From NCBI GenBank assembly GCA_934095965.1, contig CAKOKR010000001.1, positions 2,047-66,046 on the forward strand: a stretch of 64,000 bases of DNA, in the 5' to 3' direction. The stretch comes from an uncultured Bacilli bacterium. GTDB lineage: Bacteria; Bacillota_I; Bacilli_A; RF39; UBA660. The notes below the pieces were generated by a model. The model did no database searches, was not told where the DNA came from, and saw only the letters and a list, made by a program, of their open reading frames with translations. Numbering within the stretch: position 1 is the first letter of the stretch; each line of letters begins with the position of its first letter. A program made the translations under genes and the position numbers. This document shows positions 38,791 to 47,779 of this stretch, piece after piece.

Positions 38791-39588
38791 ATGTCAAATA
38801 TAATAAATAAGATTAGAAACCTATTATTAAATCGTAACACTGTTACGATTTTAGGTGTACTTGCAGGTGTTATTGCCCTGTGGATTGCCTATAGCATTAC
38901 TTTAGATAGAGCAGTAAAACCGCAAAAGGTACCTGTTGCTAATAAAGTTTTAACAGCAGGTACAGTTATTACTAAAGATGATATTGAATATGTTGAAGTA
39001 AATGGTGAAGCACTAAGAAAAGCAAGTGTTGTAACATCATCTAGTCAATTAATAGGTTATTATGTTAAAAATGATACATCTATAGCTATCGGAGAAATGT
39101 TTTACAAAGCTCAAGTAATTACAAAAGATAAATTAATTGAAAGAGATTTGGAAAGAGTTCCAGAAAACTATAAGATGTATTGGTTAAAAGCTAATAATAA
39201 AACTACATATGCTAATTCAATATATCCAGGAGATAAAATAGATTTATGGTTACTTACTAAAGTTGATGGTAAATGGATTTATGAAGAATTTATTAAAAAT
39301 ATTGAAGTACTTAGTGTTAAAGATGACAAAGGACAAAATGTTTTTGATGTAACTAGTGGCAGAGAACCTGCATGGTTATCATTTGCAGTTAATACTGAAA
39401 TGTACACATATTTAAAAAAGGTTGAATACTTAGCAAATATGACTATATATCCAGTACCAGTTAATAAAAATAATCAAGATGAAGAAGCAAAAACAGAAAT
39501 AAGTAATCAAGAACTTGTAAAAATAATTGATTCTTTAGCAAGAAAGAATCCTGAAGAACAAAGTGTAGAAGAAAATAATAATGAATAA
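38791..39588 (+). CDS. CpaB/RcpC-like Flp pilus assembly protein, paralogue 2
   Basis: About 45% identical to 38021..38788 (PQKVPVANKVLTAGTVITKDDIEYVEV ... VTSGREPAWLSFAVNTEMYTYL). Confidence 0.6.
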   Translation: MSNIINKIRNLLLNRNTVTILGVLAGVIALWIAYSITLDRAVKPQKVPVANKVLTAGTVITKDDIEYVEVNGEALRKASVVTSSSQLIGYYVKNDTSIAIGEMFYKAQVITKDKLIERDLERVPENYKMYWLKANNKTTYANSIYPGDKIDLWLLTKVDGKWIYEEFIKNIEVLSVKDDKGQNVFDVTSGREPAWLSFAVNTEMYTYLKKVEYLANMTIYPVPVNKNNQDEEAKTEISNQELVKIIDSLARKNPEEQSVEENNNE

Positions 39589-39602
39589 AAGAGGTGATTT
39601 TT

Positions 39603-40703
39603 GTGAATGATGCTATATTTTCACAAATAGATTTTGGACCTTTAAAAGAGTTTTTAGAGGAAGATAATATTACAGACGTTTCATATTCAAACGGAGGTCA
39701 AGTTTGGCTAAAAACTCTTGATAAAGGTATTTATAGGGTTGAAAGACCTGAGATTAATAATGCTTTAATGGAAAAGCTTGCTTTTCAATGTTCCAATGTA
39801 ATGGGTAAAACATTTAATATGGCACATCCTTTTCTAGATGCAGAATCAGCAGAATTGCGTTTAAATTTCGTACATGAATCAATTGCAACTAATGGAATAT
39901 GTTGTGTTATCAGAAAGACGCCAGCCAAAATCCGTCTTAACAAAGAAAAGCTTATTAATGAAAAATATGTTACTGAAGATTTACATGATTTCTTAATGAC
40001 TTGTGTTGAAGGACACTGTAACATCATGGTAAGTGGTGAAACTGGTTCAGGTAAGACAGAACTTGTTAAGTATTTAGCTTCACATACAAAAGAAAATGAA
40101 AAGATAATAACTATCGAAGATACATTGGAACTTCACTTAGATAAGATATTTCCACATAGAGACATAGTAGCTATGAAAACAAATAATATTGCATCATATT
40201 CTGATGTATTAGTAACTTGTATGAGACAGAATCCAAAATGGATATTACTATCCGAAGTTCGTAGTGCTGAGGCTGTTACTGCAGTTCGTAACTCAATATC
40301 ATCTGGGCACAACATTATATCAACAATTCACTCAGATAGAGCATTAAATATTCCAATGCGTTTATATAGCTTACTTGAAAATAGCCAAGATATTGAACAA
40401 TTCTTAAAATCAATTCATAGATATATTCAAATAGGTATTCACGTAAAAGGTTATATGAGTAAAGAACTAGGTAGATTTCAACGTGAAATAATCGAAGTAG
40501 TTGAGTTTTATGTAGATGAAAATAATGAAGCTAAATCAAATATTATATTTAAGAAAAGCCTAGATGGCAAATATAGTTTTAATAATCCATCAAAGTATTT
40601 AATAGATTATCTTGGTGTTCAAGGTGTAACTATCAAAGAAGATTATTTTGTTAAATCAAAAGGAAATAATACCAACGAAGAAGTTGTAATTGAAAGTTTA
40701 TAG
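39603..40703 (+). CDS. CpaF/TadA-type secretion ATPase (VirB11/PilT superfamily)
   Basis: Walker A VSGETGSGKTEL. IITIEDTLEL (Asp box / Walker B). His box ISTIHSDRA. GTG start at 39603 after AAGAGGTG; the alternative start is GTG at 39594. Confidence 0.8.
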   Translation: MNDAIFSQIDFGPLKEFLEEDNITDVSYSNGGQVWLKTLDKGIYRVERPEINNALMEKLAFQCSNVMGKTFNMAHPFLDAESAELRLNFVHESIATNGICCVIRKTPAKIRLNKEKLINEKYVTEDLHDFLMTCVEGHCNIMVSGETGSGKTELVKYLASHTKENEKIITIEDTLELHLDKIFPHRDIVAMKTNNIASYSDVLVTCMRQNPKWILLSEVRSAEAVTAVRNSISSGHNIISTIHSDRALNIPMRLYSLLENSQDIEQFLKSIHRYIQIGIHVKGYMSKELGRFQREIIEVVEFYVDENNEAKSNIIFKKSLDGKYSFNNPSKYLIDYLGVQGVTIKEDYFVKSKGNNTNEEVVIESL

Positions 40704-40715
40704 AAAGGAGTAAAA

Positions 40716-41621
40716 ATGAAATATTTACCAGAGTTAATAATTCTACTTATTATAGCTATTGTTGTTTTAGTAGCAAGACGTAATCCAGGTGAAAACGTTT
40801 ATAAATTTTTTGTTACAAATGCAACACGTGCTTATGATAAGTATGCTCCATATTCATTTAAAATGGTTAGAGAAAAAGCAATAGAGCTTGGACAAGAATA
40901 TACCCCACGTCAATACATAAGTCAAATAGTTATTCTAGGTGGTCTTGCTGGATTAGTTGGTTACTTTTACTTTTATAGTATCATTATAGCAGTAATATAT
41001 GCAATAGTTGCTATATCAACAATACCATATCTTGCTTATTTAAGACTTCAAAGAGTATATAGTGAATACATATTTGAACAAATTCAAACATATACAACCA
41101 ATGTTATAATGGAATTTAATACAACTCAAAGTTTTGTTAAATCCCTAGAAGGTGTAAGAGACTCCGGAATCTTAGAAGAACCAGTTCTAAGTGATGTAAA
41201 AAAAATGATTGATATGTCATATCAAAATGGTACTATTGATGAATCAATTCAATATTTTAATAATTTATATCCATTTTATATGGTTAAAAACATGCATCAA
41301 TTATTCTTACAAATTACTAAAGAAGGTGCCAGAGATTCAGGGCAAGCTTTAGAAAATATGTCATTAGATATTGATGCTTTAGTAGAAGGTGTATATCGTG
41401 ATCAAATGGATCGTAACAACTTCCATGCTAAGTTCTTAAGATTTGGTTTAATTCTATATTTCTTAGTTGTAGTATTAAGATTCATGCTTGGTGAAGAAAA
41501 TTACATTAAACTACTTGATACATGGTATGTTCAACTTATACTTCATGCTATAGTTCTTATAAATGCTTACTTCCTTATGACCGGAGAAAAGTATTATAAT
41601 GAAGATGTGGGGGTAGAATAA
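40716..41621 (+). CDS. TadB-like inner-membrane pilus-assembly platform protein
   Basis: Polytopic membrane protein of TadB/GspF-like size and topology, located after the ATPase. Confidence 0.5.
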   Translation: MKYLPELIILLIIAIVVLVARRNPGENVYKFFVTNATRAYDKYAPYSFKMVREKAIELGQEYTPRQYISQIVILGGLAGLVGYFYFYSIIIAVIYAIVAISTIPYLAYLRLQRVYSEYIFEQIQTYTTNVIMEFNTTQSFVKSLEGVRDSGILEEPVLSDVKKMIDMSYQNGTIDESIQYFNNLYPFYMVKNMHQLFLQITKEGARDSGQALENMSLDIDALVEGVYRDQMDRNNFHAKFLRFGLILYFLVVVLRFMLGEENYIKLLDTWYVQLILHAIVLINAYFLMTGEKYYNEDVGVE

Positions 41622-42409
41622 TGCAAATAGAAATAATAATAATAGCAATAATTGTATTTGGTATAATGACTATAACAGGTCAAATAAGTATTAACCAACT
41701 TATTAGTGATAATCAAATGCTTTTTATGAAACTAAAAGAAAAAGATTGGGACTTTTTAGTTCGTGCTAAATATGGAAATAATGTTAATCCCGATATATTA
41801 TTTAATAAAAGAATAAAAAATGGTCTTATAACAATGGCACTTGGTTTTGCAATAATGATTAAAAGCTTAAATAGTGTTAAGATATTAATAATTGTAGTAG
41901 CAGGTTACTATGTATTTAAAACAGGTTATAATGATATAAAGAAATATTATCAAAGACATATGGCAGATATAGATTCAATGTTACCACATTATCTAAAAAA
42001 CTTAGAAATACTTATTCAACATTATACCGTACCAGTTGCAATAGGTAAATCAATGGCAGAAGCTCCGGAGATATTTAGAGAAGGGCTTCAAGAAATGATT
42101 GATTCAATTAATGCCGGAGATGATTCAATAGATCCATATATGAACTTTGCAAGAAAATATCCAGTCAGAGATTCAATGCGTATGATGAGACTTTTATATC
42201 GTTTAAGTCTAGGTCGTCAAGAAAGAAAACAAGAACAAATTTTAACATTCTCAAAATCAATATCAAATCTTCAACAAAAAGCTAGAGAAACAAGATATAA
42301 AAATCGTCTAGAAAAGATGGAAAATAAAACAATGAGTATGTTAATAACAACTGGTTTTGGTCTAATGATTTTATTAGTTTTAGCAGTTGTACAACTTATG
42401 GACATGTAA
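41621..42409 (+). CDS. TadC-like inner-membrane pilus-assembly platform protein
   Basis: Polytopic membrane protein. The ATG overlaps the upstream stop (TAATG). Confidence 0.5.
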   Translation: MQIEIIIIAIIVFGIMTITGQISINQLISDNQMLFMKLKEKDWDFLVRAKYGNNVNPDILFNKRIKNGLITMALGFAIMIKSLNSVKILIIVVAGYYVFKTGYNDIKKYYQRHMADIDSMLPHYLKNLEILIQHYTVPVAIGKSMAEAPEIFREGLQEMIDSINAGDDSIDPYMNFARKYPVRDSMRMMRLLYRLSLGRQERKQEQILTFSKSISNLQQKARETRYKNRLEKMENKTMSMLITTGFGLMILLVLAVVQLMDM

Positions 42410-42494
42410 TAAAGCAAAAAATTATTAAAAATAATTGATATTTAACTTAATTTAAGTTATAATAATTATATAAAATAAAGGAGGATTAAAAAAG

Positions 42495-42767
42495 ATGAAA
42501 GAAGCTACAGGCGAATTAAACATGACTGTTGTTACAGTAGTTGCAATTGCAGCTGTTGGAGCATTCTTCTATTTCTTCATTTGGCCAGGTATTCAAGCAG
42601 GACTTGCAAGAAATACTTGTAGAAATATCTGCCCAGAAGCATCTGTTAAAAGCGTCAACGTTCAAGAAGGTACATGTACTTGTGGAAACGATGAAGTAAT
42701 TAACTTTAAAGACGCTCAAGACGGAGGAAATGCTCAAGGCGGAGGAAATGCTCAAGGCAATGGTTAA
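42495..42767 (+). CDS. Flp-like type IVb/c pilin, paralogue 1
   Basis: MKEATGELNMTVVTVVAIAAVGAFFYFFIWP: a short charged leader ending in G, followed by a hydrophobic helix. Cys-containing C-terminus and a GGNAQG repeat. Strong RBS. Confidence 0.5.
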   Translation: MKEATGELNMTVVTVVAIAAVGAFFYFFIWPGIQAGLARNTCRNICPEASVKSVNVQEGTCTCGNDEVINFKDAQDGGNAQGGGNAQGNG

Positions 42768-42790
42768 GTCATTAATAAAGAGGTGAAAGA

Positions 42791-43093
42791 ATGAAAGAGG
42801 CTACAGGAGAATTGAATATAACAGTTATTGTTGCAATATCAATTGGTATCTTGGCGGCCTTTTTTTTCGGCTTTTTATGGCCACTACTAAACAATAACTT
42901 TCATAGAACTGCCCAATGTAGGAATGCAATTTGTAATTGTAGTGAAGAAGCAAGACAAAGAGCAAGCTCTAGCACTGGATCAGATTATATGTGTGAATGT
43001 AAAATGAGACAAAAACAAACAGGCGAAGAAGACGACACAAATAATTATTTTGGAACAGGTGACAATGTTTTTTATTGCCCATTTAAAGGATAG
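42791..43093 (+). CDS. Flp-like pilin, paralogue 2
   Basis: MKEATGELNITVIVAISIGILAAFFFGFLWP. Cys-rich C-terminus. Confidence 0.5.
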   Translation: MKEATGELNITVIVAISIGILAAFFFGFLWPLLNNNFHRTAQCRNAICNCSEEARQRASSSTGSDYMCECKMRQKQTGEEDDTNNYFGTGDNVFYCPFKG

Positions 43094-43103
43094 GGGATGA
43101 ATT

Positions 43104-43616
43104 ATGAAAGAATCCATAAGTATGACAGCTATATTTCAAATAGTTATACTTTTTATTTTACTTTTTACAGCAATTATGGCACTAACAATAAATAATTCAA
43201 ATGCCTTTGGTGTAAAAGATGAAATAGTAAATATACTTGAATTAAATGGTGGTAAGTATTTAGATGATTCTAATGAAAATTTAAATGAAGAAATTGTTGA
43301 TTTACTTGCCAACACTTCATATAGAACAACTGGAAAATGTCCAGAAGATGAAGGATATGTTGGTTTTGAAAGAAATGGAAGTAGAATAACATCAAATCAA
43401 GATGCTACGGTATGTATAAGAGAAGTAAGAGCAACTGAAGGAGTAGATAGTTACTTAACAGGTGGGGATGTACTTGGTAATACCGTTGCAACTGATGACT
43501 TTGTACTAGGAAACTATTATGAAGTAATAGTATTTTTTCAAATGGATTTACCAATTATAAGACAAATATATAATTTCCAATCAAAAGCTCAAACTAAGGT
43601 AATATACCAAGATTAA
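43104..43616 (+). CDS. TadE/pseudopilin-like protein 1
   Basis: N-terminal MKESISMTAIFQIVILFILLFTAIMAL. TTGKCPEDEGYVGF motif shared with the next gene. Confidence 0.4.
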   Translation: MKESISMTAIFQIVILFILLFTAIMALTINNSNAFGVKDEIVNILELNGGKYLDDSNENLNEEIVDLLANTSYRTTGKCPEDEGYVGFERNGSRITSNQDATVCIREVRATEGVDSYLTGGDVLGNTVATDDFVLGNYYEVIVFFQMDLPIIRQIYNFQSKAQTKVIYQD

Positions 43617-43625
43617 GGAGAAAAC

Positions 43626-44078
43626 ATGAAAACAGTAAGTGAATCTACATGGTCATTTCAATTAATAATATTTTTTATTCTAATTTTTGCATGTTTCTTA
43701 ACTTTAATTCTTAGTTATTCAAAAGCATATACCATTAAAAATAGGATGCTAACAATCATTGAAAAATATGAAGGAGTAACAGATGAGTCTGCAAAAATAA
43801 TTAATAGTTTTGCAAAGCAAAAAAGTTATAAAACAACAAGTAAATGTCCGGAAGGATGGTATGGTGCAACAGACTTAGAAGGTGATATTGAATTATCTGA
43901 TGGAAGTGCAAAATACTATTATTGTTTTAATGAACTTCGTGCTAAAACAGGTAAAATATATTATGAAGTACAAGTATTTTATCGTTTTAATTTGCCAATT
44001 ATTGGTGAAGTAGGTATGTATAGAATAAAGGGGCAAACAAAGACTTTTGTAGGGTCTTTAGATAGAAAATATAATTAG
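43626..44078 (+). CDS. TadE/pseudopilin-like protein 2
   Basis: N-terminal hydrophobic segment. TTSKCPEGWYG motif paralogous to 43104..43616. Confidence 0.4.
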   Translation: MKTVSESTWSFQLIIFFILIFACFLTLILSYSKAYTIKNRMLTIIEKYEGVTDESAKIINSFAKQKSYKTTSKCPEGWYGATDLEGDIELSDGSAKYYYCFNELRAKTGKIYYEVQVFYRFNLPIIGEVGMYRIKGQTKTFVGSLDRKYN

Positions 44079-44092
44079 AAAGGAAATAAATT

Positions 44093-45082
44093 ATGAATGT
44101 AATAATTTCAAATAAATATCAATCATTATTAGCAAGCTTAAATATTGATGTAATTAAAAGTATAAACGGAGAATTTAGTGTTGATGAATTAATTCAACAA
44201 TTTCAAAGTTTCTATTATAATAAAATGATTATAGATATAACTGCTATAAAAGGATATGAAGATATAAATGTAATGCAAAATTTATCAGTTAATTTTGATA
44301 TGTCTAAAGTAATTATTTTATTAGATGATTCAGAAAAAGTTAATTCACCAATGTATATTTCTCAACTTATATCAATGGGTATATATAACTTTACTAATGA
44401 TGTTAATACTGTAAAGTATTTAATTGATAATCCAAATCAATATAAAGATGTAGCAAACTACCATAATATAAGTGGTTTTAAGAAACCTGCATTAAATGAA
44501 AGAGCAATTGATAATACTAAAGGTAAAATTGGTCAAAAGGTAATAGGTTTTAAAAATGTAACAGACCATGCCGGAGCAACAACATTAGTATATTTACTTA
44601 AATTACATTTAGAAAAAAGCTATAAAGTTAAAGCGGTTGAAGTTGATAAAAATGATTTTGTTTATTTTAATGATTCATCTCTAGAAAGCATATCAAGTAT
44701 CAGTTTTAATGATTTTGTATCTCAAAATGCTAATTATGATGTAATTTTAGTGGATATTAACGATGCAGATATTGAAGATTACTGCCAAGATATGGTATAC
44801 TTAATTGAACCGGGATTAATTAAATTAAATAAATTAATACGGAAAGATAATAGTATATTTGAAAAGTTAAGAAATGATAAGATAGTTCTTAACAGAAGTG
44901 TATTAAATGAAAAAGATGTAATTGACTTTGAAAAAGAAAGTGGTAGTAAAGTATTTTATAACTTACCATGCTTAGATGATAAACTTGATGATCAAAGAGT
45001 ATTAAATGAATTTTTAACAGCTCTAGGATTCAGTAGAGTGGAAGGAAGTCATTCATCAGGTATATTTAGTATATTTAGATAG
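44093..45082 (+). CDS. TadZ/CpaE-like protein (N-terminal receiver-like domain plus a ParA/MinD-like domain with a degenerate Walker A)
   Basis: VIGFKNVTDHAGATTLVYLLKLHL sits in the deviant P-loop position: a MinD-type beta-strand, then a loop lacking the GKS/T. Helper ATPases of Tad loci are known to be degenerate. Confidence 0.4.
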   Translation: MNVIISNKYQSLLASLNIDVIKSINGEFSVDELIQQFQSFYYNKMIIDITAIKGYEDINVMQNLSVNFDMSKVIILLDDSEKVNSPMYISQLISMGIYNFTNDVNTVKYLIDNPNQYKDVANYHNISGFKKPALNERAIDNTKGKIGQKVIGFKNVTDHAGATTLVYLLKLHLEKSYKVKAVEVDKNDFVYFNDSSLESISSISFNDFVSQNANYDVILVDINDADIEDYCQDMVYLIEPGLIKLNKLIRKDNSIFEKLRNDKIVLNRSVLNEKDVIDFEKESGSKVFYNLPCLDDKLDDQRVLNEFLTALGFSRVEGSHSSGIFSIFR

Positions 45083-45093
45083 GGAGGTTTAAA

Positions 45094-45444
45094 ATGGAAT
45101 TTTGTTACAAAAGTGCAACAATATGGCAAATAATTGGTAAAGTAATATTTATAATAAAAATAGTAGTACCAATATTAATTATTGTTCTAGCATCAATTGA
45201 CTTAGGTAAAGCAACAGTATCAAGTGATGATAAAGCTGTATCAAAAGCTGCTAAAACATTATTAAGAAGAATTGTAACTGGTATCATTATTTTCTTTATT
45301 CCATTATTAATTAAAGTATTATTTAATATGGTAGCAGGATTTAATGATGAATTAAAAAAAGATTATGAAAATTGTGTTGTTTGTTTAACAGATCCTTATA
45401 ATGGTTGTGATACATCATATAAAGGTGAAATATTTACAAAGTAA
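45094..45444 (+). CDS. Small 2-TM protein with a Cys-containing C-terminal tail, paralogue A
   Basis: KVIFIIKIVVPILIIVLASIDLGKATVSSDDKAVSKAAKTLL...IIIFFIPLLI...CVVCLTDPYNGCDT. Confidence 0.45.
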   Translation: MEFCYKSATIWQIIGKVIFIIKIVVPILIIVLASIDLGKATVSSDDKAVSKAAKTLLRRIVTGIIIFFIPLLIKVLFNMVAGFNDELKKDYENCVVCLTDPYNGCDTSYKGEIFTK

Positions 45445-45515
45445 ATATCATAAAAGATTGACTTTACAGCTATTTTAGGGTAAAATAAATGTATACAAAG
45501 GGAGGAGTGTTATTT

Positions 45516-45830
45516 ATGACTTTTTGTACTGATGCACGTGATATTTTCTATACTATAGGAATGTTTCTACTAGTATTTAAAATTGTGATTCCTATTTTAT
45601 TAATTATATTTGGTATGGTTGATTTAGGAAAAGCAGTTATTGCCAGTGATGATAAAGCTGTATCAAAAGCAGCAAAATCACTATTAAATCGTGTTATTGC
45701 TGGTATATGTATCTTCTTCGTTCCACTAATCGTAAGTATTGTATTTAAGATGGTAGGTTCATTTGGAGAAGTTAAAGATCAATTTGATGTTTGTGCTAAC
45801 TGTATTGCTAGTCCAACAACAAAATGTTAG
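45516..45830 (+). CDS. Small 2-TM protein with a Cys-containing C-terminal tail, paralogue B
   Basis: About 45% identical to paralogue A (LGKAVIASDDKAVSKAAKSLL). RBS GGGAGGAG 8 nt before the ATG at 45516. The longer ORF from 45489 lacks an RBS. Confidence 0.45.
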   Translation: MTFCTDARDIFYTIGMFLLVFKIVIPILLIIFGMVDLGKAVIASDDKAVSKAAKSLLNRVIAGICIFFVPLIVSIVFKMVGSFGEVKDQFDVCANCIASPTTKC

Positions 45831-46039
45831 TTAATTAAAGAATATTGAGATAGTTAAAAATAGACTATCTTTTATTTTGCATCAAAATAAAAAAGATCCA
45901 TTAGATATTTCTAATGGTCTTTAGCAGTACAATGACATCTCATATGACATAATATACATTCTGGTATATATATTATGCATGAAAGGAGCAAGATGTCATC
46001 AATTAAATATTACCATAATTAATAAAAAAATACAATAAA

Positions 46040-46075
46040 AAAAGATAGATTAGTTACAAATCTATCTTGAATTTA
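46040..46075 (-). terminator. Rho-independent terminator of the 46086..47543 gene
   Basis: On the minus strand: AGATAGATTTgtaactAAATCTATCTttttttt. Confidence 0.6.
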
Positions 46076-46085
46076 AGTTTAATAA

Positions 46086-47543
46086 TTAAGCATTTCTATC
46101 TTCATAGATACCTGTATATTCCCAACCAGCTAATGAAGTTTCTTTGCTCCATGTATATATAGGAGTTCTATGTATCCATTTAACTTCCACTTTTTTATCT
46201 GATTTAGTGTATCCAGGATATTTACTAGCATTTGCTTCAGTATCTCTTACACATGTATTCTTATCAGTATAAGTTACATTGAATTTTAATGGAACAAAGT
46301 AAACAGAACCTTTTTCACTTGAATATGGAACAACACCATTACCATTATAGAAATTAATAGTAACTCTAGTTCTATAAGTACCACCAGAAAGGTAAGCATC
46401 TTGAACTATGAACCCAAAATTATTTCTAGTTAATGCTGAAGCTCTAAATACTGTAGCATTTTTAGGAACAATATCCCATTTAAAGTCATTACCAGTTTGA
46501 TATACATTATATTTATTATCAAGGTATGCTTGGTAATCAGTTAAATTATTGCTGAAGTACGAAATACTGTTTCTTACGATAGACAAATCATTAACGTTAT
46601 CAGGAATATTTAACATTTGTAATTCGTAATTGTATGAAGTACTCTTTGATGAAGAACCAACCCAACTAGTTGAGTAAATAGTTTTAGTATCTACTTTACA
46701 ATAGTTATAAGTAACTGTTTCAGTAGATTTGTTTTCAGCATCTTTTTCATAAGAATATCCATCTGACCATTCACTCCATTTTCTATACTTATAATATCTT
46801 ACTTTAGATGGAGTAGGTGTTGGATCTGGTGTTGGTGTAGGTTTAGTATCACTTCCACAATCGAAACAACAACTTCCACAACTTACATTAACAGTTACAG
46901 TAGTTTTAACAGTTACAGTAGTTGTACTCTTTGTAGTAGTACTAGAACTAGAACTATTAGATGAACTAGTACTTGTTGAACTAGAACCAGTATTTCCTTT
47001 AGTAGTAGTCTTGTTATTATCTACTTTACCATTATTATTTGTTGTAGTATCAATTACAACATCTGAGTTAGTTGCATTGTCTTTACAAGTATCACTACTT
47101 GAGCATGTATCAGCACTTTCAATAGTAGTAACTATAAAGTCTGATTGTTTTCCACAAGTTAAACTAACCTTTAAAGCATAATTACCATCAGCAGTTTTAG
47201 TAGCTTGAACATAACTTGAATTAGTATCACAAACTTTACCATCGTTAGTAAAATCAATTAATAACTTTTGGTTAATCATTTGAGCTAAAGTAAGCTTTTC
47301 AGTACCTCCAACTTTTTCAGGTAATTTAGATTTAGTGAAATATTCAAATGCAGCAGTTTTCATAGTGCCGATATTTGTAATATAATCACTATTTGAGCTA
47401 GCTAATGTATTATTACTTGAACTTTTACCAGTAACTTTAGTAAAAATCAATCCAGCAAGGAATACAATAACTGCAAGAATCACTAATTTAATAAGAAGTG
47501 ATCCCCAATTTAAACTTAAATTTTTATTTCCTTCTTCGTACAT
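46086..47543 (-). CDS. Type II membrane-anchored surface protein with a Ser/Thr-rich region and a (TP)n linker (hypothetical)
   Basis: N-terminal TM LLIKLVILAVIVFLAGLIF. A low-complexity SSSTSTSSSNSSSSSTTTKSTTT segment. A CGSCCFDCGSDTKPTPTPDPTPTP segment. About 250-aa C-terminal globular domain. Confidence 0.5.
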   Translation of the reverse strand: MYEEGNKNLSLNWGSLLIKLVILAVIVFLAGLIFTKVTGKSSSNNTLASSNSDYITNIGTMKTAAFEYFTKSKLPEKVGGTEKLTLAQMINQKLLIDFTNDGKVCDTNSSYVQATKTADGNYALKVSLTCGKQSDFIVTTIESADTCSSSDTCKDNATNSDVVIDTTTNNNGKVDNNKTTTKGNTGSSSTSTSSSNSSSSSTTTKSTTTVTVKTTVTVNVSCGSCCFDCGSDTKPTPTPDPTPTPSKVRYYKYRKWSEWSDGYSYEKDAENKSTETVTYNYCKVDTKTIYSTSWVGSSSKSTSYNYELQMLNIPDNVNDLSIVRNSISYFSNNLTDYQAYLDNKYNVYQTGNDFKWDIVPKNATVFRASALTRNNFGFIVQDAYLSGGTYRTRVTINFYNGNGVVPYSSEKGSVYFVPLKFNVTYTDKNTCVRDTEANASKYPGYTKSDKKVEVKWIHRTPIYTWSKETSLAGWEYTGIYEDRNA

Positions 47544-47697
47544 AATTCGTACCCCCTTCGTAATGGAAAAATTATCCCTTTAAGTGCCTCATATTCTACC
47601 ACAAATATATGATTTTGTCAAATATAATATTGCACATTTACGTAAAGGACAAAAATTGGAAACAATAATTAAATTTTTAAAAAATACAAAAGAATAT

Positions 47698-47726
47698 TTG
47701 ACACAAATGCATGTTTGTGATATAGT
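47698..47726 (+). promoter_or_regulatory. Sigma-A promoter of uvrA (TTGACA - 17 nt - TATAGT), followed by the near-palindrome TTCGTGTATCGAA
   Basis: Consensus -35 and -10 elements and spacing. The palindrome at 47728-47740 could be a repressor site. Confidence 0.55.
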
Positions 47727-47779
47727 ATTCGTGTATCGAAAAAAGATTTTGTGTCAAAATAAAAAAAGAGGTGTTAGAA

